DNA from: a bacterium
GTDB taxonomy: Bacteria > Zhuqueibacterota > Zhuqueibacteria > Residuimicrobiales > Krinioviventaceae
DNA length: 64,000 nt
Direction: 5' to 3'
Assembly: GCA_963675755.2 (NCBI GenBank)
Contig: CAXXMD010000002.1
Span: forward strand, 640,001 to 704,000
Position numbers and translations under genes: made by a program. Positions 50,712 through 61,258 of the stretch are shown here, one piece after another (positions within the stretch are counted from its first letter, which is position 1; the number at the start of each line of letters is the position of its first letter). The notes under the pieces are model-generated. The model saw nothing but the letters and a program-made list of their open reading frames with translations, did no database searches and was not told the origin of the DNA.

Positions 50712-53240
50712 TTAAAATGCAAGCAAAAAGGTCCTGAGTTGGTTTTTACCAATTTCAAAAGTAAAACTGTTTTCATCAAACGAAACAGGACTTTTAAAAT
50801 CGATTTGCTTTTCAATATGATTTGTTTCAATTATTGATCTGAGGGTCCCTGGTAAACCAACCTTTACTTTACCATCCCTCCCTTGCGTTTCAAAAATACG
50901 TAATACGATGTTATTGGGATTCCAGTCACCCTGTTGCACCTTGATCACTGACAATACAACATGATCACTATCAACACTGAAAAAAGAGTGTTCAGAGGGT
51001 AAACTCTTTTGAATAGATTGGAGTGGAGCTCGTTTACCCGGTAAATCACCAATATGTTGATTCTCCTGCATTACAACCATAGAACGATTAAATTCAAGGG
51101 ATTGCTGATACACATTTGCTTGTTTCCAGTCACCCGGATGCGGATATAGAGCATATCCAAACGAGTGAACACCTTCATCCATCCTGGGATCCATGTCACG
51201 TGCACCATGCACCACAGCTGCTGATAATGTATTATTATTTACGTCAAAGCCATATTTACCATTATTTAGTAATGCAAAGCCAATTTCCTCATTTGAAAGA
51301 TCAATCCAATTTTGAGCCGGCCAAATAATACCATCTTTATTTCTTTCAATATAGCCATAAGGCTGCTCAAAAACAGCTTTACCATTATCAATTGTGGAGG
51401 GAAACCCAACCTTTAGCAATTTATCATGCTCATTCCAGTCAACTGTCATTTCAAATTCAATTCGGGTAGAATGTGATTTTAATATCAATTCCCTTGTAAT
51501 TGATGAAGTATTATTGATATAACCCATCCATTTTAAAATAATTTTAGCAGGTCCATCACATATTACCTGAGGTGCATTATTTTCAGGTTTTATTTCATCC
51601 AATTTGCCTGTAATATTCACATTCCAACTGTTACTGTTTTGTTCGGAAAATAGAGTTAAAACATTCCCTTTCCCTTCCAAAATTGATTTACCAGAAGCGA
51701 GATTTATTATATCAAGATCTCCATTTGTGTCCCATGTTATCTTGAAAAAAGAATTTGAAACAGAATCCTGTGTATATTTGAGATCAGAATCCGGTAGATC
51801 AATCTTTGTATCAACAACACGAAACATCTTGTAGCCAACTGGTGGTATATTATCAGCAAAAAACGAAACACTTGCAGATAATCCGTCCTGGGCCATTTCA
51901 TTGATCTGATACAAAACAGGATTCCCCAATGCATCCACTATGCTGAAATTTTCAGTTTTCCGGATAAATCGTATCGATGCATCTACTACATCAGACCGCT
52001 GCCAGGATAAAGGATTGTAAACAACGAGAGGAATACCTTCACCGCGGGTATCAATGCGAGATCCTATGACTTCCAGCCCATACTGTAGTAGCCTGTTTCC
52101 TTCCTGATTAAGGTATTGATAATCCTTCAAAGCATCATCAAATACATCACCAATTGAAGTACCGGGTAATATATCGTGAAACTGGTTTAATAAAATTTTC
52201 TTCCATCCATCCCTAAAATCTACTCTGGGGAACAAGGGCTTCATTTGCAGCATGGTACCAATGGTTGCAAATGTTTCTGCTGTTAAAAAAAGGTTTTCCA
52301 TATCCCGGTTCGCTTTTTTGATACGCGCCTGAGATACAAATGAACCACGCCAACGAATGGGGAAATTAGGTTCGTCACTGCCAAACAGTCCCAATTCACC
52401 TTGATAGTTTTCAATTTCAGAATTTGTAACATCCAACTCTTTGAAATAAGTTTCAGGAGTAACATATCTGAATTGATATTCGGGATGATCTTTTTTCAAA
52501 CGCTCCATATTCTCAATATCAGGTTGACGTGGGCCACCCCCATGATCACCTTCGCCAAACAATACCATAACTTTATCAATATCTGAAATTTCGGACCAGG
52601 TATCTGCAATCTCTAACAACTTGTTATCGATTTTTACATTATAGTGATGTGGCGCCTTGTATGCCAACACTTTAGAACCATCAGGACTCTCCCACCAGAA
52701 CACCCTTTTATCATCCGGTGCTCCCCTGCCAAAAACGTAATATTGAATACCACAGCCACTGTAGATCATGGGTAAGGTTAGTGCCTGTCCACAAAAAGAA
52801 TCCGGTACCCAGGCAATATTCACAGGATCTATACCAAGATACTTTTCATTGAATTCATTTCCAATCAGAAATTGACGGATTAGTGATTCTCCGGAAGGCA
52901 TTATGGCATCAGGTTCAACCCATTGTCCACCTGTAACAGACCAGCGTCCCTCTTTAATTTTTTGCTTCATGAGTTCAAATAATCCAGGGTACTGCAACCT
53001 TGAAATATCATAAAGCGCCATTTGACTTTGCGCAAATGTCAAATCGGGTACCACGTCCATCATTTTTATTACTCCCTCAAACGTATCCGGAGTAACCCGA
53101 TCAGCAGTTTCGTTCAATCTCCAACGATATGCCATGTCAATATGAGCATTGCCTACTAGATCAATCTCACGCTTGATATCACTACCATATATATTCGTAA
53201 TTATTATAAAATAGACTAAATATTTCAAGATATTCTTCAT
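50712..53240 (-). CDS. GH38 alpha-mannosidase (secreted)
   Basis: AHIDMAYRW, GGQWVEPD..PSGESLIRQ, WVPDSF, GDHGGG, NQFHDILPGTS, YNPLSWQR. Confidence 0.9.
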   Translation of the reverse strand: MKNILKYLVYFIIITNIYGSDIKREIDLVGNAHIDMAYRWRLNETADRVTPDTFEGVIKMMDVVPDLTFAQSQMALYDISRLQYPGLFELMKQKIKEGRWSVTGGQWVEPDAIMPSGESLIRQFLIGNEFNEKYLGIDPVNIAWVPDSFCGQALTLPMIYSGCGIQYYVFGRGAPDDKRVFWWESPDGSKVLAYKAPHHYNVKIDNKLLEIADTWSEISDIDKVMVLFGEGDHGGGPRQPDIENMERLKKDHPEYQFRYVTPETYFKELDVTNSEIENYQGELGLFGSDEPNFPIRWRGSFVSQARIKKANRDMENLFLTAETFATIGTMLQMKPLFPRVDFRDGWKKILLNQFHDILPGTSIGDVFDDALKDYQYLNQEGNRLLQYGLEVIGSRIDTRGEGIPLVVYNPLSWQRSDVVDASIRFIRKTENFSIVDALGNPVLYQINEMAQDGLSASVSFFADNIPPVGYKMFRVVDTKIDLPDSDLKYTQDSVSNSFFKITWDTNGDLDIINLASGKSILEGKGNVLTLFSEQNSNSWNVNITGKLDEIKPENNAPQVICDGPAKIILKWMGYINNTSSITRELILKSHSTRIEFEMTVDWNEHDKLLKVGFPSTIDNGKAVFEQPYGYIERNKDGIIWPAQNWIDLSNEEIGFALLNNGKYGFDVNNNTLSAAVVHGARDMDPRMDEGVHSFGYALYPHPGDWKQANVYQQSLEFNRSMVVMQENQHIGDLPGKRAPLQSIQKSLPSEHSFFSVDSDHVVLSVIKVQQGDWNPNNIVLRIFETQGRDGKVKVGLPGTLRSIIETNHIEKQIDFKSPVSFDENSFTFEIGKNQLRTFLLAF

Positions 53241-53242
53241 AG

Positions 53243-54277
53243 TTATTCGGCTTTCCGTATTAGTAATTGCATATCATATCCGTTATCTTTGAAAGTTGAT
53301 TCGCTATTTTGGAGCATTTCAAGAATTGCATTAACCGGTGTAGCGATGGTAATACCGTAATTGAGAAAACGTACTTGACGATTATATATATCCTGCTGAT
53401 AAAGCGTATTGTTGTCATAATGACTTGATGCAGGATCCGGTACCAAAACATTGTACAAGTCTGCTGTTGCACTGGTTGCAATACCCAGAATTTCAAAATT
53501 GGGTACGCCCTGCTTAACGCCTACAACCAATCCCCCACTAAAGCCATAATTAAACATGGTATCAATTAAAAAATTTCTCCCATTATTACGTTCAGGTTCA
53601 GATATCATGCCCTGCGTAAGCATTTTATACCCTTTGGGGTAACCCGCAAGATACACAAGCGTTCCCCATTCCAGTTTTGAAGAATCTCCAAAAGGATAAG
53701 GTATTGCTGGTACAAGATATTGTTCATCATCTTTCAAATCTACACCAAGAACGATGATATCACTTTGAGAGTCCTGTGCCAGAATTTTCAAAGTTTTGTA
53801 TTCAGGCATATCCGATGAATAATGTTTCTCACTTTGTTTTATCGATATACTGGAAACATATCTCATTCCTTGATCGGTTTCAAAATAAGTAACCAGGGTG
53901 TCAGGATGATTAAATATATGAGCACTGGACAAGATCGCTATTCGCTTGTTATGGTTATAGATAATCGTTCCTGTACCATATGCGGACACATTATCATACT
54001 TGATCGATTGTGCTGAATCGCTATTTACAGTGGCAACATTAGAACGTTTTATTCTGGTTTCAGGTGAAAAAAACAATGTCCGATATGTTGCAGAGGAATT
54101 CATCACTATAATAGAGCGCTGCAATGTATCAAAGAATGGCTCTTTGGAACCGGGAGGAACCCAATAATCATAACCGGATTTTGAAATATGGGTACTTTCT
54201 TTTTGTACAGCATTACTGCATTGTAATATAAATATGACTGTGATGAATATATAATGTATTTTAAATTTTAAAATCAT
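53243..54277 (-). CDS. Trypsin-like serine protease (probable lipoprotein)
   Basis: GTGTII, SSAHIF (His), SDII (Asp), GYP, GFSGG (Ser). Confidence 0.75.
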   Translation of the reverse strand: MILKFKIHYIFITVIFILQCSNAVQKESTHISKSGYDYWVPPGSKEPFFDTLQRSIIVMNSSATYRTLFFSPETRIKRSNVATVNSDSAQSIKYDNVSAYGTGTIIYNHNKRIAILSSAHIFNHPDTLVTYFETDQGMRYVSSISIKQSEKHYSSDMPEYKTLKILAQDSQSDIIVLGVDLKDDEQYLVPAIPYPFGDSSKLEWGTLVYLAGYPKGYKMLTQGMISEPERNNGRNFLIDTMFNYGFSGGLVVGVKQGVPNFEILGIATSATADLYNVLVPDPASSHYDNNTLYQQDIYNRQVRFLNYGITIATPVNAILEMLQNSESTFKDNGYDMQLLIRKAE

Positions 54278-54325
54278 AGAATACCTAAAATTTGTAATCA
54301 GGTTTATTTAAATCCATTGTTACTA

Positions 54326-55684
54326 TTATATAAATGCTCCCTGATCAATCAAAGTATTTTTCAATTTTTGTGTATCAATAACTGCGGGCAGCTTTTTATC
54401 TTTTAATGCAATTGCTGCTGCTGTTCCAGCAGCCTGACCTATTCCCCATACAATGGGTTGTACCCGTAATGATGAATGTGCAGCATGATCTGAAGAAATG
54501 CATCGTGATGCTATAATCAAATTCTCGACATCAAGAGGAATAATACTACGGTAGGGTATCTGGTAATAGGTACCATCTTTTAAGTAATGGATCTCTGTTC
54601 CCGTACCGGTAGGATTATGAATATCAATTTCATATGAAGCACACACAATTGCATCATCAAATTTACGGGTTTCAATTACATCCTCTTTGGTTAATTTATA
54701 ATGCCCCATAATTCTTCTGGATTCACGAACACCTATTTGTGCACCCATTTTCATTAAATAAGAATTCTCAAATCCCCTTATATTCTTTTTTAAAAACCGG
54801 ACCATATCATCAACCTGCCGGCGCCCTTCAATTTCAGCATCTGTAGATTCCCATCCATCCAGAGAAGATTTTCCAATAATACGGGTGGTGTTGAAATGAA
54901 CAACATCCTTGTGTATAGTTTTAAATTTCAGCACATTTTCACGTGGATTTTTAACTGTCCCTTCAGCCTTGGCTTTATCATAAAGTTCATTAATTTCATC
55001 TCTTGGTGGTACGCGATCAACATCTACATTTGCCATACGAAAACTTGTTGTCATGGGTTGAAAAGCATTATCAAATTCTCTTCCAATCTCAAAAGGAGCT
55101 CCTGCCCATGTTGCAATATCTCCATCTCCCGTCGAATCAATAAAAATGTCCGCACTAATATCTTCTATACCACCTTTATGAAAGACTTTGACAGCTTTAA
55201 TGGTTTTTCCATCTTTTAATACACCTATAGCGCTTGTATGTAAAAGCATGTCTACACCGGCATCCATTACAAAACGGTCCAGCAGCCATTTCATGGGTTC
55301 TGCATCAAAACTTTTTCTGTTTTCAAGTATGGCTCCATTTTCTAGCATTATATCCACAAATTCTTCAAACAAACCGCGTATAATGATCTTGTCGCCTGCG
55401 TTATATTTCATATAGGGTTGTACCAAAGCACTGGTTGCCATACCTCCTAAAAAACCATATCGTTCTACGAGCAACACCCTGGCGCCATTCCTGGCTGCTG
55501 CAACTGCTGCAGGAACTCCTCCCGGGCCACCACCAATCACAACAACATCCCAATGTTTCATTTTAACTTTTTCAGGTTCACTTGACGACTGTGCAAATCC
55601 ATCAATGCCTGAAAATAACAGTCCTGCAGTGGTCAAAGATTTAAGAAAAAAACGTCTATTGGTATGTAAACTTTTACTCATCAT
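54326..55684 (-). CDS. Tat-exported FAD-dependent oxidoreductase (FAD_oxidored family)
   Basis: NRRFFLK Tat motif; VIGGGPGG, DSTGDGD, GVRESRRI, YQIPYRS, GQAAGTAAA. Confidence 0.85.
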   Translation of the reverse strand: MMSKSLHTNRRFFLKSLTTAGLLFSGIDGFAQSSSEPEKVKMKHWDVVVIGGGPGGVPAAVAAARNGARVLLVERYGFLGGMATSALVQPYMKYNAGDKIIIRGLFEEFVDIMLENGAILENRKSFDAEPMKWLLDRFVMDAGVDMLLHTSAIGVLKDGKTIKAVKVFHKGGIEDISADIFIDSTGDGDIATWAGAPFEIGREFDNAFQPMTTSFRMANVDVDRVPPRDEINELYDKAKAEGTVKNPRENVLKFKTIHKDVVHFNTTRIIGKSSLDGWESTDAEIEGRRQVDDMVRFLKKNIRGFENSYLMKMGAQIGVRESRRIMGHYKLTKEDVIETRKFDDAIVCASYEIDIHNPTGTGTEIHYLKDGTYYQIPYRSIIPLDVENLIIASRCISSDHAAHSSLRVQPIVWGIGQAAGTAAAIALKDKKLPAVIDTQKLKNTLIDQGAFI

Positions 55685-56156
55685 GTTTCCCATTTGTTGT
55701 TTTCATGTCAATGTGCATTATACCGTCTTCATCATACGGTTCCGAATATTGTTCAAAACCAAACAATTCATAGAATGACTCAAGATGTTGTTGAGCTGAC
55801 AAATGGATATCTATTCCTGGATAGAGTTTTTCTGTCTGGCGAATGGCTTCCTTTAATAACAGCTTGCCGATTCCTGTGCCCCTAACCTTTTGAGTTGTTA
55901 TAATTCTACCAATTGATGGACCATTAAATTTTTCACCGGGAAATACAATTCGGGCATATGCAGCTAATTGCCTATCCATATATCCCATTAAATGCCAGGA
56001 TTTCTCATCCAGGTAATCAGCTTCCTGGAAAGCACAATTTTGCTCTACAACAAAAATCCTTTGACGTTCAGCAAGAATTGTATACAACTCTATATTGGTT
56101 AATTCAGAAAAGGCTTTAAACTTCCATTCAATTTTGATTTGGACGGTTTGTTTCAA
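55674..56156 (-). CDS. elaA: ElaA-family GNAT acetyltransferase
   Basis: ELYTILAERQRIFVVEQNC, SIGRI, LSAQ..L..FY..FGF, YDEDGIMHIDM. Confidence 0.85.
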   Translation of the reverse strand: MKQTVQIKIEWKFKAFSELTNIELYTILAERQRIFVVEQNCAFQEADYLDEKSWHLMGYMDRQLAAYARIVFPGEKFNGPSIGRIITTQKVRGTGIGKLLLKEAIRQTEKLYPGIDIHLSAQQHLESFYELFGFEQYSEPYDEDGIMHIDMKTTNGKHDE

Positions 56157-57754
56157 TTCAACTCCTTGATAATTACACGAAATTCTTCATTTCCCGTCAG
56201 AGTTACTTTTAATCCATCCAGCAATTCAGTCCCGCTTACAACTTTAATTACACCATCACTGGTTGTTATACGATAAGATTTATCTTTTTCTACAGTAAAC
56301 CATTCAGGAAACTGATTGATTCGTGGATAATCATCGGGTATATTCATAATCTCCTGGTGACGTTTTCGATCAAATAAAATTTTCCCATCCCAGACATCGG
56401 TACTGCTAACCGAGAGCAACAAATATCCTTTTTGATCAACAGCTCCAATCAGTACATCTTTTCTCCAGGGGAAAACCCATGTTCCCTGGGTTTTCCAAAG
56501 TGCATACATGATGGATGTCCGGGCAAAATTACCGTCTCCATGCCAACCCTCAACAATGCCATTCTTTTGCTGTTTTGCCCACATGATTTGGGTTTGATTG
56601 TCCATCCAATTGTCAACACCAGGTACAGGTTCACGATTATAAAGATTTAATCCACTTTCTATTGCATCAGCAAAGCCATCAGCGCTGTTGTTCTCCCAAT
56701 CAAAATTACGATAATGGGCATCAAGGTTTGATAATACTTTAATCACCGCATTTCGATATTTTTCATCATGATCAACCATGTAAACCGTATAAAATCCATT
56801 ATAATTGTAACCCCAGGTATCACACAAGTCACCACTGTTTTCACCTGTTTGCGGATTAAATGTATTGTACAACATACCATGTTCGTTACGACCAGCCTCC
56901 AATACTCTGTCCAGCATGCGATGAATAGGAGCTGTGTATTGTTCCTTTTCTTCAGGAGCTGCCTTGCTGATGGTATAATAAAATTCGGTCAAACCGGATA
57001 ATACTTCGCAACCATGGTCTCGTAAGCGCAGCTTTGTCTCTGAATCTGTCGGATGATGATCAAAAAGATAATACTTGCCCAATCTCGTCGCATATTCCAG
57101 GTAATCTGCGTTTCCGGTCATCCAATACAATCGAGATAAAACCTGTAGCATTTCTCCATTCAGTTCCTGATTCTCGGACGGAATTTTTCCATATTTCGTA
57201 TCAACCGGTGCATACTTCCAAATGTCATTTACAATATCAATCATTCTATCAGCCCAGGGGGATTTGCCCATCCATTCAGTTAATGGCAGCAATCCGTCTT
57301 TGACATACTCAGAACTGCCAAACAAAATATCGTTAATTTTGACATTGGGATTATCAAAAGTTTTTTTCCGGAAATTGTAGGTATCCGGCAAATTGCCAAC
57401 ACGACTGGTCAGCTCTTTTTCATTATAGAGCATTTCCAGCATAGTACCTTTTAACAGGTCTCTGTCTACAAAAGAAGCTGTTAACACCATAAAAGGATAG
57501 TTGTCGGCTGCCGCATCTTTAGCGTTCCATATAAGAAAATCTTTGGTAAGGTTTCTGGGAATTAAACCGGTAGCAGGATCAGCATGGTCAAGCCAGCCAT
57601 AAACAAAATTTTCTGATCGAACAAGTGCTTCATTTGCCAATGCAGCATTCTGTTTAACAATTTCAAATTTTTCAGATTTCAACAACTGCTTACTTTTATA
57701 TTGGCTACAGGATATGAACAACAAACCAATCAATAATAGAACCCTTAATCTCAT
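56153..57754 (-). CDS. Hypothetical lipoprotein, probable (alpha/alpha)6 glycoside-hydrolase-like fold
   Basis: Lipobox FISC; conserved-looking DAAADNYPF, EYVKDGL, RDHGCE, EGWHGDGNFAR; fold is inference. Confidence 0.55.
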   Translation of the reverse strand: MRLRVLLLIGLLFISCSQYKSKQLLKSEKFEIVKQNAALANEALVRSENFVYGWLDHADPATGLIPRNLTKDFLIWNAKDAAADNYPFMVLTASFVDRDLLKGTMLEMLYNEKELTSRVGNLPDTYNFRKKTFDNPNVKINDILFGSSEYVKDGLLPLTEWMGKSPWADRMIDIVNDIWKYAPVDTKYGKIPSENQELNGEMLQVLSRLYWMTGNADYLEYATRLGKYYLFDHHPTDSETKLRLRDHGCEVLSGLTEFYYTISKAAPEEKEQYTAPIHRMLDRVLEAGRNEHGMLYNTFNPQTGENSGDLCDTWGYNYNGFYTVYMVDHDEKYRNAVIKVLSNLDAHYRNFDWENNSADGFADAIESGLNLYNREPVPGVDNWMDNQTQIMWAKQQKNGIVEGWHGDGNFARTSIMYALWKTQGTWVFPWRKDVLIGAVDQKGYLLLSVSSTDVWDGKILFDRKRHQEIMNIPDDYPRINQFPEWFTVEKDKSYRITTSDGVIKVVSGTELLDGLKVTLTGNEEFRVIIKELN

Positions 57755-57785
57755 TGCATGACTCCTGTTAAAAATGAATATCTTT

Positions 57786-59690
57786 TTATGCGTAACAGCG
57801 AACTTCGAAAATTCTTGCTAAATTATCTCCCTGGGTATTATGTACCTGAATTTTAATCTTTTCAAGCTTTATGGGTTTAAATGTAAAACGGCGTAATCTG
57901 AGATAATTATTCCGTACCTGTTCCAGATCATACCATTGATTATTGGCATAATACTGAATATCAAAATCTTTGACCGTTTCGGGTTGAGGACCCCGGATTT
58001 GTTTTTTGTATTGATTATCTTGTCCGGTGAGATACAATAATCGATTTAATCCACTGTCAAAAGTAATTTGAATAAATGAAATTTCGACTTTATCTTTCCA
58101 GTCCAATTCAATCCATTGTGGTTTGCCTTCGATGGGTGCTTGCCATTGATGGGTTTGACCATCCAGAACATCGCGATTCCATCCATCAATGATCGATACT
58201 GCACGACCTGTACTTGTTTCTGCTGATGCGGAAATAGTCGCGTTTTTGGCAAGATCCAAAGGATCTGTATTTTGTATATTTAAAAGTGATTGATCATCAA
58301 ATAATAGTTTTTGCTGAAATTTTTGCAGCAAATCGACATCTTTAACAATACCATTATTTGATAAATTATATTTGACAGAAAAAGCAGCAGCTGTACCTGC
58401 TGCCTGGCCTATAGCCGCACAGGTTGCCATAACTCGTGTTGAAGAAAAAGCCACATGTGAAGCGCTAATATTTCTGCCGGCCATCCACAAATTCTTAATA
58501 TTTGTACTGTACAAGCTTTTTAATGGTATATTGTATGGTTTTTCAAATTTGATAGAACGATATGGACTCTGATCGGTCCTGTCCATGCCTTCGGGGGGAT
58601 GATCATCCATAGGCCAGCCGCCATATGAAACCCGATCATGGTACATCTCTTGAGCTTCCATTTCCTGCTGAATCATAATATGGTCGCCGGTAACACGCCT
58701 GCTTTCTCTTTTACCGGGAATCATTCCAACCCAATCCAATGCCCAGTTTGTAGAATCAGGGTGTTCGCCGCTGTTTTTAATATAATCCCACACACCCATT
58801 ACAATGCTCAACAATTCCTGGCGGATTTGGCGATTATCATGAATGGTATCCAACTCTCCACCCCATTCAATCCACCAGTAACCATACTCGTATGATCCAA
58901 TACGACGATGTTTAAAATCTTTTTGGGTATAGGTTTTTGCCCAGGCTGGTTTTTCAAAAGACATTGGGCCATCATGCTGTTTTGCAAAAAACATAATTGA
59001 ATTGCCCATGGTCTTGTTATCCGTTTGATCAGGGGCGAGCGATTCACCAAAAACCTGCTTACCTTCCCTGCCACGCATATATTTTGCACCGGCTGCAGCC
59101 GCCAGTGATGCATCTCCGGTACAGTCTATGACATGTTTTGCTTTAATCGTATAGGTTTCTTCCAGTAAAGGACTAATTGCATCAACTTTTACAATTTTAT
59201 CAAAAGAAACAGTTGTACCAATAACGGCTGTATCTAATAACAGTGTAATATTGGGTTCAGATATCACTTTATCATACATCACCAAATCCCACATCTCAAA
59301 TGAACGCTGTGGATTGGTTGCAGCCTCTGTAAGTTTCAACTCTTCAATAATACCCGTCTCTCGCCAATTCTGGGTCATTGTGTGATTGTTGGCACCCAGA
59401 ATATGCATTCTGATTTCACTGCTGCCGTTGCCACCTAACCTGGATCTATTTTGAATTAGAATAACCTTGGCACCGTTTCTCGCAGCAGCAATAGCTGCGC
59501 AAACACCTGCCATTCCTCCACCTGCAACCAGAACATCGGTTTCCAGTTGAGAGTCTTTGAAGACGTGTGTATCAATATTTCCAATAAGCTTTTCTTGTGA
59601 AGAGTTGGCGGCTAGAGGTGCGCCTGTGGTTAATAATCCTGTAGAGCCTGCCCCTAAAATTTTAATAAAACCTCTGCGGTCTGTATCCAT
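57786..59690 (-). CDS. Tat-exported FAD-dependent oxidoreductase with a C-terminal F5/8-type (CBM32-like) domain
   Basis: DRRGFIK Tat motif; VAGGGMAG, LGGNGSSEIR, DCTGD, GKRESRR, STRVMATC; IDG..WQ..QWIELDW..ARIFEVRCY. Confidence 0.85.
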   Translation of the reverse strand: MDTDRRGFIKILGAGSTGLLTTGAPLAANSSQEKLIGNIDTHVFKDSQLETDVLVAGGGMAGVCAAIAAARNGAKVILIQNRSRLGGNGSSEIRMHILGANNHTMTQNWRETGIIEELKLTEAATNPQRSFEMWDLVMYDKVISEPNITLLLDTAVIGTTVSFDKIVKVDAISPLLEETYTIKAKHVIDCTGDASLAAAAGAKYMRGREGKQVFGESLAPDQTDNKTMGNSIMFFAKQHDGPMSFEKPAWAKTYTQKDFKHRRIGSYEYGYWWIEWGGELDTIHDNRQIRQELLSIVMGVWDYIKNSGEHPDSTNWALDWVGMIPGKRESRRVTGDHIMIQQEMEAQEMYHDRVSYGGWPMDDHPPEGMDRTDQSPYRSIKFEKPYNIPLKSLYSTNIKNLWMAGRNISASHVAFSSTRVMATCAAIGQAAGTAAAFSVKYNLSNNGIVKDVDLLQKFQQKLLFDDQSLLNIQNTDPLDLAKNATISASAETSTGRAVSIIDGWNRDVLDGQTHQWQAPIEGKPQWIELDWKDKVEISFIQITFDSGLNRLLYLTGQDNQYKKQIRGPQPETVKDFDIQYYANNQWYDLEQVRNNYLRLRRFTFKPIKLEKIKIQVHNTQGDNLARIFEVRCYA

Positions 59691-59785
59691 AAATAGCCCT
59701 GATAAATTAAAGAAAAGTTACAGTTTATTTTACAGATTAATTCAATATATAAAAAAGAAACTGATAATTCAAATAATAAAAAAAC

Positions 59786-59814
59786 TTGAAACTACTCAAT
59801 ATTTACAGTACTTT
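59786..59814 (+). promoter_or_regulatory. Possible sigma70 promoter
   Basis: TTGAAA-17 bp-TACTTT upstream of 59838. Confidence 0.4.
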
Positions 59815-59837
59815 AATATTTTATATTTGGAAAAAGC

Positions 59838-60851
59838 ATGGATAGATTGAGAGAATTACATATAGTAACATTTGGACATCCCCCCAATGAAATTAATCAA
59901 TTAAAAGGTGATGGTTCAGATCGACAAATTTACAGAATTGTAAATAACAATAACAGCATTATTGGTATATTGGGAAATAATATACCTGAAAATCATGCAT
60001 TCATTTCTTTTTCACGACAAATGAAATCCATAGGCCTCGCTGTTCCTGAAATTTTAGCTGTTAATGATGATGAAACCGCCTACCTTGAAACTGATTTTGG
60101 CGATACAACATTATATGACTTGATTCATGAAAAAGGCTTTACCGAATCTATAATCAACGTTTATAAACAGGTCTTGTCAGAATTGACCAAATTTCAGATT
60201 AACCTGCATCAAAACCTGGATTATTCTGTATGCTATCAGCAGGATGTTTTTGGAATCGAAACCATAACAAATGATTTTAATTATTTCAAGCAACGTTTCC
60301 TTTTACCCTTTTACAAAGAAAAAGTTGACTTTGATCGCATTGACAGTGATTTTCAAATACTTCTTAAAGTGCTTCTTGAGGCCCCAAAAGAATATTTTCT
60401 TTATCGCGATTTCCAATCCCGGAATATAATGATTATAGACAATATTCCTCATTTTATAGATTATCAATCCGGGCGTCGTGGTGCCTTACAATATGATCTT
60501 GCGTCTTTATTATACGATGCCAAAGCTCGTGTGCCAGAGCCGGTAAGAAAAATTTTGATCGAACATTATCTGGATGAACTTGAAAAATATATCCAAACAG
60601 ATCGAAAAGAGTTCATGTATTACTTTTATCCCTTTGTCTGGATACGTATTATGCAGGCCTTGGGAGCGTATGGATTTTTGTCTCAACAAAAAGGAAAAAC
60701 TTTATTTTTGCAAAATATACCATTAGCCCTTGGCAATATTCAATTATTGTTAACACAAAATACAATAATGGACAATTTACCAATTATAAAAACTGTATTT
60801 ACAAACCTTGTTAATGATAATTCTCTACACAGATTGGAAAACATGAGATGA
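59838..60851 (+). CDS. AmgK-like anomeric MurNAc/GlcNAc kinase (APH fold)
   Basis: GDGSDRQIYR, YRDFQSRNIM, FIDYQ, YDLASLL; upstream of a MurU-like gene. Confidence 0.78.
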   Translation: MDRLRELHIVTFGHPPNEINQLKGDGSDRQIYRIVNNNNSIIGILGNNIPENHAFISFSRQMKSIGLAVPEILAVNDDETAYLETDFGDTTLYDLIHEKGFTESIINVYKQVLSELTKFQINLHQNLDYSVCYQQDVFGIETITNDFNYFKQRFLLPFYKEKVDFDRIDSDFQILLKVLLEAPKEYFLYRDFQSRNIMIIDNIPHFIDYQSGRRGALQYDLASLLYDAKARVPEPVRKILIEHYLDELEKYIQTDRKEFMYYFYPFVWIRIMQALGAYGFLSQQKGKTLFLQNIPLALGNIQLLLTQNTIMDNLPIIKTVFTNLVNDNSLHRLENMR

Positions 60852-61258
60852 AAGATACATTAAATATATCCATTCACAGCTTTGGGTACAAAAAATCAGG
60901 TATTCCCCAAGATGAAACTGAAAACAATGGCGGCTTTGTGTTCGATTGCCGGGGATTGCCAAATCCTGGCAGGCTGGAAGCATATAAAAAAAGCACAGGA
61001 CTTGAAGAGAATGTGAGAAATTACCTGGAATCGTATAATACAGTTAAAGAATTTGTTGAACTTGCGATTTCAATTGTTCAAATCAATATAGATAATTATG
61101 TTGAAAGAGATTTTACCCATTTAATGATAAACTTTGGATGTACTGGTGGTCAACACCGATCTGTTTATTGTGCTGATCAGGTATACAAATATCTTTTAAA
61201 AAACGGGTACCAGGTTACAATTACTCATCAAGATAAACCGGAGGAATCTGCAAAATGA
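60848..61258 (+). CDS. Stand-alone RapZ C-terminal domain protein
   Basis: SFGYK..G..FDCRGLPNP, FGCTGGQHRSVY. Confidence 0.82.
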   Translation: MKDTLNISIHSFGYKKSGIPQDETENNGGFVFDCRGLPNPGRLEAYKKSTGLEENVRNYLESYNTVKEFVELAISIVQINIDNYVERDFTHLMINFGCTGGQHRSVYCADQVYKYLLKNGYQVTITHQDKPEESAK

